A stretch of DNA of 13,194 nucleotides from Octopus sinensis (taxonomy: Eukaryota): contig NW_021826408.1 of NCBI RefSeq assembly GCF_006345805.1, positions 1 to 13,194 on the forward strand, in the 5' to 3' direction. Positions 1 to 10,054 of the stretch are shown one piece after another (position 1 is the first letter of the stretch; each line of letters opens with the position of its first letter). A model generated the notes under the pieces. The model did no database searches. It had not been told where the DNA came from and was given only the letters and a program-made list of their open reading frames with translations. The translations under genes and the position numbers were made by a program.

Positions 1-145
1 ATGTATGTATGTAGTATGTATGTATGTATGTATGTATGTTGTATGTATAAGGCTGAGTGTATGTTCGCGTAGGTGGTCAGTGTGTGTGAGTGTGTGGGCG
101 TGTGTTGTGTGGGTGTGTGTGTGTCTATGTGTCTGTGTGTGTGCG
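1..145. repeat. (TATG)n / (TG)n microsatellite
   Basis: Directly visible. Confidence 0.9.
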
Positions 146-277
146 CGTTGGAGTAGAGTTAATGACCTAGAAGAAAACGTATACGCTGAAGCATAACATG
201 GATCAGCTAAAATAACGTAATCATATATGTATATCCGAGCATGGACGAGCGTGAGTGTGCCTATATGATGTATGTTG

Positions 278-278
<1 letters not shown>

Positions 279-329
<51 letters not shown>

Positions 330-442
330 GTATATATATATATGACATATATATGTATATATATATATTATATATATATTATGTATATGTATGTATATGT
401 ATATGTACATATATATACAAATATATATATATATAATATAGT

Positions 443-473
<31 letters not shown>

Positions 474-652
474 TACATATATATATATATATATATATGT
501 GTATATAATATATATATATATAGTAATCCAAAAAAGAAAGCACAAATGTATATATATATGTGTGTGTGTGTGTGTGTGGTGTGTATGATATGTATACACA
601 AAGCATCTACGCCACAAGCGCACAACCTCACATATACAGGTGTGTGTGTGTG
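279..652. repeat. Interrupted (TA)n tract followed by (TG)n runs
   Basis: Directly visible; explains the YI/CV-rich ORFs. Confidence 0.9.
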
Positions 653-905
653 TAAGAGAAGATATTTCTTCCTTGTTAGAGAAAGAGGACACCGCCTACT
701 GATAAATATCCAATAAGACGTTCCGCCCACCTTTAACTGTTATGCCTTGTGTCTTCATATATTCCCGTGTGTCTACCTGTTACGTGTACCTGTGTGTCAG
801 AGTGTGGTTTTTCTGTGTGTTCCTTGGTTGTTTTTCTTTTTTCATATTGTAACGCACGCGACTAGTTGCACGTGCTCGTACTTCTACGTGTTATGTTCGT
901 ACGTT

Positions 906-955
906 GCGATGCCCTAGCATGGCCGCAGTCTAATGACTGGAACAAGTAAAATAAA
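906..955 (+). mobile_element. Isolated 3' tail fragment of an octopus SINE family
   Basis: GCATGGCCGCAGTCTAATGACTGGAACAAGTAAAATAAA resembles the 3' end of the SINE family at 1991-2490. Recognised from memory only; no second copy in the window. Confidence 0.5.
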
Positions 956-993
956 GCATTCACAGAGGTTCGCATACATATACATATACACAG

Positions 994-1260
994 ACAAAAT
1001 TTAAAGGACCGACCACTAAAAGAGGACTGTCAATATGCTAGATATAGACGTCAAAATCACTATTTTCCACGAAGAATGTAATCTCAAGAAAAAACTCAGC
1101 ACAAAACCAAAGTGTAAAAAATTCATTTGTCTTGCTTATTTTTTACACTTTGTGCTGAGTTTTTACTTGAGATCACATTCTTCGTGGAAAATAGTGATTT
1201 TGACGTCTATATCTAGCATATTGACTGTCCACTTTTAGTGGTCGGTCCTTTAAATTTTGT
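994..1260. mobile_element. Fold-back palindromic element (MITE-like)
   Basis: Arms 994-1121 and 1139-1260 are reverse complements (ACAAAATTTAAAGGACCGACCACTAAAAG...AGTGTAAAAAA) with 4 substitutions and one 5-nt indel, around a 17-nt spacer. MITE identity is inferred; no clear target-site duplication. Confidence 0.75.
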
Positions 1261-1594
1261 ATGTAAAAATATTTTAATCATCGGATTTCTTTAATATGCT
1301 AGACCACAGGTTTTTATTGATTAATATCAATTTCTACCCTTATTCAATTTTATACACACACACATATACATACAGTTTACGCTTAAGTGAATGCAAACAC
1401 ACCTATTTATAAGGAGAGAGAGAGGAGGGAGGAGGAAGGGAGCGAGTGAGATAGAGATGGAGAGAGAAAGGAAGCTAAATAGAAAGAGAAAGAAATGCAG
1501 AGAGAGGGAGTGAAAGGATAGAAAAATTTGAAGTATATACATGAATGTACGTGTGTATATATGTATCCTCTCAAGTGCATGTCTGTATATACAC

Positions 1595-1653
<59 letters not shown>

Positions 1654-1712
1654 TATAAAGAGAGGGTTAAGAATAGACATGTAAATAGACAAATAGTAAA
1701 AAGATGTATATA

Positions 1713-1757
<45 letters not shown>

Positions 1758-1765
1758 ATATATAT
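1595..1765. repeat. (AG)n, (AGAC)n and (TA)n microsatellites
   Basis: Directly visible. Confidence 0.9.
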
Positions 1766-1784
1766 AAAGGTGTCCATGTGTGTA

Positions 1785-1962
1785 CCGTTGGCGATTTTTT
1801 ACCTCCGTCTTCCCTTCTTTGGATCTTTCCTTTTCCTATGTTTCTGACGAAGAGGTCCGCTCGAAACGTTAAACCCTCCTCCTTTCCTTCTTTCCTGAGC
1901 GTCCAATAATACTATACTTGTTCCACATCCTCGCGTTGTTGTAATTTCATGTTTGGATTAAC
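1785..1962 (+). mobile_element. Penelope-like element terminal (pseudo-LTR) fragment containing a hammerhead motif
   Basis: Pyrimidine-rich stretch, CTGACGA...GAAACGTT core, downstream CTGAGCGT..TAATAC, ending at (TA)n. Same layout as 11185-11382. Confidence 0.6.
1840..1874 (+). ncRNA. Minimal type I hammerhead ribozyme motif
   Basis: GUUU-CUGACGA-A-GAG(GUCCG)CUC-GAAAC-GUU-AAAC: canonical CUGANGA and GAAA boxes, 4-bp stem I, 3-bp stem II, palindromic ACGU stem III. Predicted cleavage after 1870. Confidence 0.6.
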
Positions 1963-1990
1963 TATATATATATATATATATATGTATATT

Positions 1991-2125
1991 ATGAGAAGTT
2001 TGCCTCGCAATCACATGGTTCCTACTGTGTAGCATCTTGGGTAAGTGTCCTTCTTCTATAGCTTCGGGTCGGCAAAAACCTTGTGAGTGAATTTGGTAAG
2101 TAGAAACTGAAAGAAACCCGTCGTA

Positions 2126-2173
<48 letters not shown>

Positions 2174-2271
2174 CTCTATCAATATATCTATCTATCTAGC
2201 TATCTATCTATATATATATATATATATGTGTATATTATATATATATAATATATATAATATAATATATATAT

Positions 2272-2314
<43 letters not shown>

Positions 2315-2490
2315 AATATATATATGTGTTGTGTGTGCGTGTATAATATATATGTGTGTGTGTGTATGTGTGCCTTAGTATCTGTACCCCCACAACTGCT
2401 TGACAACTGGTGTTGGTATGTTTACGTACATCTAACTTAGCGGCTCGGCAAAACGGCACGATAGAATAAGTTCGAGGCATTACAAAAAGA
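1991..2490 (+). mobile_element. Degenerate SINE (CORE-like domain) with an expanded internal microsatellite
   Basis: 5' half 1991-2125 (CTTGGGTAAGTGTC...CCTTGTGAGTGAATTTGGTA...GAAACTGAAAGAAACCCGT) has a second copy at ~12730-12850. It is followed by (TCTA)n/(TA)n/(TG)n at 2130-2365, then a 3' half (GCTTGACAACTGG...AACTTAGCGGCTCGGCAAAA...GATAGAATAAG). Linking the two halves into one element is from memory of the family. Confidence 0.65.
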
Positions 2491-2693
<203 letters not shown>

Positions 2694-2959
2694 TAAAAAC
2701 AATAAAATATTCCCTACATTTTGTGATGGTCCATAATAGATTCAGGTCTTCCATACTAAGGTCAACGCTTATCATGTAAGTTATGCATAAAAGAAGCATT
2801 TCATATATTGAAACACAACCCCTCAACACTACTAAATATATATAACGAGGCCCTAATTACTTGCAATCACCGCTACTTTGTATACCTTCAAATTTTACCC
2901 TAAATCTAAATGATCTGAATAACCACACAGCATATATCCACAACACCCCTAGAAGCATG

Positions 2960-3179
2960 GCTGTTTCGTCCAATATTCTGAAACATCCCTTTTGAACGGA
3001 ATGTGCTACTCGATCTGAAGAAAATTCTAACTGGGCCCCACCTGAAAGGTCATTCGCTGTTAATCCTGATATGAGAACACCATGTCTCCCACATATATTT
3101 GTGATGCATGTGCCTGGTGTACCCTTCTCAGACGATTAGTCATGATGGGTATACTTTGATGGCATGCACTGCTTCCTCT
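2960..3179 (-). mobile_element. Probable interspersed repeat fragment (SINE-like, unclassified)
   Basis: AATTCTAACTGGGCCCCACCTG...GATGCATGTGCCTGGTGTACCCTT...TTTGATGGCATGCACTGC resembles a common octopus repeat as I recall it. Single copy in the window; strand tentative. Confidence 0.4.
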
Positions 3180-3652
3180 CATACATACATACATACATAC
3201 ATACATACATACATACATACATACATGCATGCATGCATGCATACATACATACATACATACATGCATACATACATACATGCATACATTCATACATACATAC
3301 ATACATGCATGCATACATGCATGCATACATACATACATACATACATACATACATGCATGCATGCATGCATACATGCATACATACATACATACATACATAC
3401 ATGCATACATACATGCATGCATACATACATACATACATACATGCATACATACGTACGTACATACATACATGCATACATACATACATACATACGTACGTAC
3501 ATACATACATGCATACATACATACATACATACATACATGCATACATACGTACGTACATACATACATGCATACATACATACATACATACATACATACATAC
3601 ATACATACGTACGTACATACATACATACATACATACATGCATACATACCTAC
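3180..3652. repeat. (ACAT)n tract with GCAT/ACGT variants
   Basis: Directly visible. Confidence 0.95.
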
Positions 3653-3763
3653 ATAGAAAAATACCGTTATTGATGTTGAAATTCCAATGAATGATTTTGG
3701 ATCTTGGTTAGAAACAGGTTCTTTCTCTTGTGGCAAGAAATCTTGAAATAAAACTGAATAATG

Positions 3764-4174
3764 ACATACATACATACATACATACATACATACATACATA
3801 CATACATGCATGCATACATACATACATACATACATACATGCATGCATGCATACATACATGCATACATGCATACATACATACATACATACATACATACATA
3901 CATACATGCATGCATACATACATGCATACATGCATACATACATACATACATACATGCATACATACACACATACATGCATACATGCATACATACATACATA
4001 CATACATACATACATACATACATACATACATACATACATACATACGTACGTACATACATACATACATTCATACATACATACATACATACATATATACATA
4101 CATACATGCATGCATACGTACATACATACATACATACATACATACGTACGTACGTACATACATACATACATACA

Positions 4175-4205
<31 letters not shown>

Positions 4206-4230
4206 GTACATACATACGTACATACATGTA
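3764..4230. repeat. Second (ACAT)n tract with GCAT/ACGT variants
   Basis: Directly visible; separated from the first by ~110 bp of non-repeat sequence. Confidence 0.95.
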
Positions 4231-4779
4231 TAATATACATATATTTATATATGTGGATGTATGTTGATATTTATATTTATTATCTTATATGTGCTTAAGT
4301 GGACCCATCCATGCTAGCTCATACCTATGAAAATAACATGCACTAAATCACACACACACACACACATTCGCATACAAAATGCACACGCACAGTTATTGAT
4401 ACACGCGCTGGCACGCTAAAATTGAAATGCATACATCCAGTCGCGTGCACTCAGCCACATACAGAATATATCGACCTCGTTCCCTTTCATTTTGCCTCTT
4501 CCCTCTCAGACCACCATCACCCTCGTCTCAGGTGTGTCACTGCCACGTCATAGCTACGTCACAGCTACGTCATAACCATGTCACAACCACGTCCCTGCCA
4601 CATCACAGTTAATTCCTCGCATTATCGTTTTACTCCACATCACAACTCATTTCACCACTTCATCTTATTTCGTTTTCCTCGTTTTTGTTTATCTATGTTT
4701 TTTTTTGTTAAAATCACAACGACCCCCTACCATCAAACCATCATCATCGAGTTAGCAAATGTCACCCCCCCTGACACCA

Positions 4780-5301
4780 GTAAAATCAGAAGAAACACCA
4801 CCACTGCCACCGCCGAGCCGCCGCCGCCACCACCTCCATCAACACTATCATTACCACTACCACCACTACTACAACTTCCAGCACACCACCATAACAATCA
4901 CCGCAAGCATAAGCAACCATATCTACCATCTCAACCACCTACACTGAACCTCACCTCTACCACCACCACTACACAGCACTATCACCACCACCACTACTAC
5001 CACCACTACCACTACCACCACTACTACAACTTCCACCACCCCACCACCGCCACCGCCACCGCCACCGCCGCCGCCGCCGCCAACACCACCACCACCACCA
5101 TCACCACCACCACCACCACCACCACTACAACTTCCACCACAACACCATAACAATCACCACAAGCAACCATATCCACCAGCACTACCACCTACACCAAACT
5201 CCACCACTACCGCCACCACTACACAACACTATCACCACCACAACAGTCATCACTACCACCACCACCGCCACCAACGCCATCACTAGGACTGCTTTCAAGT
5301 T

Positions 5302-5333
<32 letters not shown>

Positions 5334-7860
5334 ACAACAACGCCACCACTACCGCCACACCACGATCATCTGCACCCCCACAATCATCACCATCACTAAC
5401 ACATCCACCAACACCATCACTAGCATTGCCATGAATTTCATTAACCCCATCACCATCATCGCCACCACCACCACCACTACTACCACCGCCGCCGTCGCCG
5501 CCGCCACTATCACCACCTTCACAAACCTAACCCCTAACGCCGTCACCACCACACCCACCGCGCTCCGCATCCATCATAACACTCGACCACCGTAGCGTCA
5601 ATCACCACCACCACCACAACCACCACCACCACTGCCATATAAAGATGTATATGTTTCATATCATCTCCATCATCACTTCTAGTGATTCCTAGACCCTCCC
5701 ATGCTGTAGCACCAATTACTAGCGTGTGTTCGAACCACACCCACGAGAACCAACGCCTCCACCTCTGGTGGTGCTGGTGCACCACCATCACCATCACCAT
5801 CACCACCATCACCATCACCATCACCATCGCCATCACCATCACCATCACCACCATCACCATCACCATCACCATCACCATCACCATCACCACCACCATCACC
5901 ATCACCAGCACCATCACCACCACCATCACCATCACCATCACCACCATCACCATCACCATCACCATCGCCATCACCATCACCACCACCATCACCATCACCA
6001 GCACCATCACCACCATCACCATCACCATCACCATCACCATCACCATCACCATCACCATCACCATCGCCATCACCATCACCACCACCATCACCATCACCAT
6101 CACCATCACCACCATCACCATCACCATCACCATCGCCATCACCATCACCACCACCATCACCATCACCAGCACCATCACCATCACCACCATCACCATCACC
6201 AGCACCATCACCACCACCATCACCATCGCCATCACCATCACCACCACCATCACCACCCACCATCCACCATCACCATCACCATCACCACCATCACCAGCAC
6301 CATCACCACCACCACCCATCACCATCACCATCCACCACCATCACCAACATCACCATCGCCATCACCATCACCACCACCATCACCATCACCATCACCATCA
6401 CCATCACCATCACCATCACCATCACCATCACCATCACCATCACCATCACCATCACCATCACCACCACCATCACCATCACCAGCACCATCACCATCACCAT
6501 CACCAGCACCACCATCACCATCACCATCACCATCACCATCACCATCACCATCACCATCACCATCACCAGCACCATCACCACCACCATCACCATCACCAGC
6601 ACCATCACCACCACCATCACCATCACCAGCACCACCATCACCATCACCATCACCATCACCATCACCATCACCACCACCATCACCATCACCAGCACCATCA
6701 CCAGCACCACCACCATCACCATCACCACGACCACTACTGCAACCACCACCACTACCAGCACCACCACCACCATCACCATCACCAGCACCATCACCATCAC
6801 CACCACCACCAGTACCAGCACCATCACCAGCACCATCACCACCACCAGCACCATCACCACCACCATCACCATCACCACGACCACTACTGCAACCACCACC
6901 ACTACCAGCACCACCACCACCATCACCATCACCAGCACCATCACCATCACCAGCACCATCACCACCACCAGCACCATCACCACCACCATCACCATCACCA
7001 CGACCACTACTGCAACCACCACCACTACCAGCACCACCACCATCACCATCACCAGCACCATCACCACCAGTACCAGCACCATCACTAGCACCATCACCAC
7101 CACTACCATCACCAGCAGCAGCAGCAGCACTACCACCACATCAGCAACAACAACAACACCCGCTACCATCAAAAATAGCAGCACCACCATCGTCATCAGA
7201 ACAATAACTTTCATCACCATCACCACACCGCCACCAGCACCACCATTACGACCACCACAACAACCATCATAACTACCACCATAACCACCGACATCGGCAC
7301 CACCACCACCACCACCACCACCGCCACCACCACATTAGCAACAACAACGACAACAACCGCTACCATCAACAACAGCACCACCGCCATCGTCATCAGAACA
7401 ATAACTTTCATCACCATAACCACCAACACCACCATCACCACACCACCACCAACATCCCCATCACCATCACCACAACAACCAACATAACCACCACCATAAC
7501 CACCGGCATCACCATCACCACCACCACCACCACCATTACAACCTCTATCCATCATCTAGAGTGACATACCCACATTAACTACTACCACTACAACCACTAC
7601 CATCACTGCCGCAACAACAACATTAACCATTATAACTACCACCATCACCACCACCACCACAATCACCACCACCGCCACCACCATCACTATAACTATCGCT
7701 AACCACAACCACCGCAGCCAACCATCGCCTTCACAATTGCTCTTCCCCTTCACTATTTTCAGAACCACCCACCACCATTAGAGTCAGTACTGTAAGCAAA
7801 ACCACACCCACCAGCACCGGCACCTTCACCACCACCACTATCACCACCACCACCACCACC
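4780..7860. repeat. ~3 kb CAC/CAT/CAG trinucleotide low-complexity tract with a near-pure (CACCAT)n core at ~5780-6720
   Basis: Directly visible; generates the poly-His, (TI)n, (SP)n, (GD)n and (MV)n ORFs. Confidence 0.95.
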
Positions 7861-8386
7861 TCTGCTGCCAAGATCACTACATTATCTTGTCAGACTTATA
7901 ACCTACGTGTAAACTGCCCAGCCCACAGACTGAAATCTTTAATTAACGAAGCATTTATTTAGTCAGTTACGGCCCCTTTGCATAAAAAAAAATAATAGTA
8001 ATAAATCACACGCACACACATACACATACACATTACACACATGCAAATAAATAATATCAGCTGTTAAAAAAAAATATACAAACAAGCAAGTGTTTAGTAA
8101 AAGACAAACAAGCGCATGTAATGAAACTGCAGTAACAGTGTCATACAAGACTAGTTAGCCTTTATATTCTGCCGTAGTCAGGCGGAAGAAGTGGTAAAGA
8201 GAAAACCAGCAAAGAAAAAAAATATCTAGATAATACTACAAGAGATAACTATAAGTACAACCACACCACAAGAATTAAACAAGAGACCTATTTATATATT
8301 TGCATAGTATACAGCATATATCTTTAAAATACCTTTATTAATTATATATCTATATCTGAAAAAAATTATACAGAACAACTGTGAAA

Positions 8387-8542
8387 ATGTCTCAAAATTG
8401 TTTCGCCATCGTCCAACTTTTGTTCGTGTTGTTCACAGTATGCAGTCTCTTCATTGCCACTACAGATGGTTGCTATTTCCGAAACTGTCCCATTGGTGGC
8501 AAACGAGCGACACCCATGTCAGAGCAGGGATCAAATCAAAAG
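8387..8542 (+). CDS. First coding exon of prepro-cephalotocin (oxytocin/vasopressin-family neuropeptide precursor)
   Basis: ATG at 8387 gives MSQNCFAIVQLLFVLFTVCSLFIATTDG (28-aa hydrophobic signal peptide, 8387-8470), CYFRNCPIG (Cys1-Cys6 nonapeptide, 8471-8497; the cephalotocin sequence as I recall it), GKR (8498-8506) and ATPMSEQGSNQK (neurophysin N-terminus, 8507-8542), followed by AAG|GTAAGT. The ORF-track start at 8381 is a GTG. Confidence 0.96.
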
Positions 8543-8548
8543 GTAAGT
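8543..8548 (+). other. 5' splice donor (phase 0) of the intron following the hormone exon; the intron probably runs past the window end
   Basis: AAG|GTAAGT is a perfect U2-type donor consensus. Downstream sequence turns immediately into (TTA)n and SINE sequence with an in-frame stop at 8585-8587. No intact C-x-x-C-G-P neurophysin exon was seen in 8549-13194. Confidence 0.9.
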
Positions 8549-8569
8549 GCAGTATTATTATTAGTATTA

Positions 8570-8745
8570 TCTGCCGTTACATTGTGAGTTCAAATTCCGC
8601 CGAGGTCAACTTTGCCTTTCATCCTTTCGGGGGTCGATAAATTAAGTACCAGTTACGCACTGGGGTCGATATACTCGACTTAATCCGTTTGTCTGGCCTT
8701 GTTTGTCCCCTCTGTGTTTATCCCCTTGTGGGTAGTAAAAAATAT
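8570..8745 (+). mobile_element. 5'-truncated tRNA-derived SINE (Meta-domain-like family), copy 1
   Basis: GAGTTCAAATTCCGCCGAGGTCAACTTTGCCTTTCATCCTTTCGGGGGTCGATAAATTAAGTACCAGTT...CTGGGGTCGAT aligns with the copies at 9233-9440 and 9503-9672. GTTCAAATTCC is B-box-like. Confidence 0.85.
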
Positions 8746-8848
8746 AAATATATATATATATATATAATATATATATATATATATTTTATTATTATTATTA
8801 TTATTATTATTATCATTATTATTATTGTTATTGTTATTATTATTTTGT

Positions 8849-9135
8849 GGAGGCGCAATGGCCCAGTGGTTAGAGCAGCGGACTCGCGGTTTCGATTCCC
8901 AGACCGGTCGTTGTGTGTGTTTATTGAGCGAAAACACCTAAAAGCTCCACGTGGCTCCGGCAGGGGCGACCCCTGTTGTACTCTTTCGCCCCAACTTTCT
9001 CTCACTCTTTCTTCCTGTTTCTTGTGTAACGCTGCGATGAACTGGCGTCCCGTCTAGCTGGGGGGAACCGCCTTAGAAACCGGGGAAACTGGGCCCATGA
9101 GCCTGGCTAGGCTTGAGAAGGGCACATAAATAAAA
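8849..9135 (+). mobile_element. tRNA-derived SINE with V-domain-like segment
   Basis: Pol III A box TGGCCCAGTGG (8859-8869), B-box-like GGTTTCGATTCCC (8888-8900), GCTGCGATGAACTGGCGTCCCGTCTAG (9031-9057) resembling the V-SINE domain, and an A-rich tail followed by (ATT)n. Confidence 0.75.
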
Positions 9136-9172
9136 AAAAACAATATTATTATTATTATTATTATTATTATTA

Positions 9173-9232
<60 letters not shown>

Positions 9233-9233
<1 letters not shown>

Positions 9234-9440
9234 GGCGGTGAGCTGGTAGAATCGTTAGAACACCGGGCAAAATGCTTAGCGACATTTCCTCTGTCTTCAC
9301 CTTCTCAGTTCAAATTCCGCCGCGGTTTACTTTGCCTTTCATCCGTTCGGGGTCGAAAAAAGAAGTACCAGTTGCGTACTGGGGTCGATGTAATCGACTT
9401 AACCCCTCCCCCGTTGGTCTTGTGCCAAAAATTAAAATCA
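9233..9440 (+). mobile_element. Near full-length tRNA-derived SINE (Meta-domain-like family), copy 2
   Basis: GGCGGTGAGCTGGTAGAATCGTTAG head, AGTTCAAATTCCGCC B-box-like motif, shared central domain and (ATT)n tail; aligns with copies 1 and 3. Confidence 0.85.
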
Positions 9441-9474
<34 letters not shown>

Positions 9475-9502
9475 CATTATTATTATTATTATCTTAACCT
9501 CA

Positions 9503-9672
9503 GGTTGGCAAGCTGCAGAATCTTTGGCATGCCGGAAAAAATGCTTAGCAGCATTTCTTCTGTCTTGTTACGTTCTTAGCTCAAATCTCCTCGTGGTCAA
9601 CTTTGCTTTTCGTCCTTTCGGAGTCGATAAAACAAGTGCCAGTTGAGCACTGGGGTCGATGTAATCGACTAG
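9503..9672 (+). mobile_element. More diverged tRNA-derived SINE of the same family, copy 3
   Basis: AAAATGCTTAGC...GGTCAACTTTGCTTTTCGTCCTTTCGGAGTCGATAAAACAAGTGCCAGTTGAGCACTGGGGTCGATGTAATCGACT aligns with copy 2. Confidence 0.85.
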
Positions 9673-9895
9673 CCGCATCATTTTAATCTCGTTATTTTTC
9701 TTTTGTCCCACTATGTGCAAGAAACACTTTATCCCCGTTTAAATTTGGATCCGCTCCTTGACGAACTTGCTTAAAGACCACGTGAAAAATAAAATCTAAA
9801 ATATATGTAGCTTTAAGCCCTTAAGGACAAAATTTCCTTTTGTTAATGCATTTATTTTTCAGGATTTTTGATGTGACCTTGTGTGTTGAGATAAA

Positions 9896-10054
9896 TTTTG
9901 TTGTATCCCTGGAGCGTCATTATGCTAATTTTAAATACGCACTGATTCTATTTTACTTCTTTCATAATTGATCAATAAATTACATCATAAAGAGGTGATA
10001 TAGAATCAGTACGTGTGTTTAGTATTGGCTTTATGACCCTCCCGAGACAATAAA
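9896..10054. repeat. Diverged inverted repeat (old palindromic/MITE-like element)
   Basis: Perfect core ACTGATTCTAT (9941-9951) / ATAGAATCAGT (10000-10010). Imperfect complementarity extends over arms ~9896-9965 and ~9987-10054. Confidence 0.7.

Larger units (their letters stand above)
8746..9492. repeat. (TA)n/(ATT)n microsatellites between the SINEs (8746-8843, 9143-9231, 9441-9492)
   Basis: Directly visible. Confidence 0.9.

Noticed and set aside
3060-4298. MYVC / HTYI repeat ORFs
   Set aside because: Direct translation of (ACAT)n, which contains no stop codons.
5543-7555. Long ORFs resembling poly-His, extensin-like (SP)n, (TI)n, (GD)n or (MV)n proteins
   Set aside because: CAC/CAT repeats lack stops in most frames. 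Several frames on both strands are open at once and switch repeat type at indels, with no signal peptide or splice context.
8289-8298. TATA-like TATTTATATA about 95 nt upstream of the ATG
   Set aside because: Such motifs are expected by chance in this AT-rich region, and the TSS is unknown.
8849-8905. tRNA gene
   Set aside because: A and B boxes are present but there is no complete cloverleaf, and the sequence continues into a SINE body and tail.
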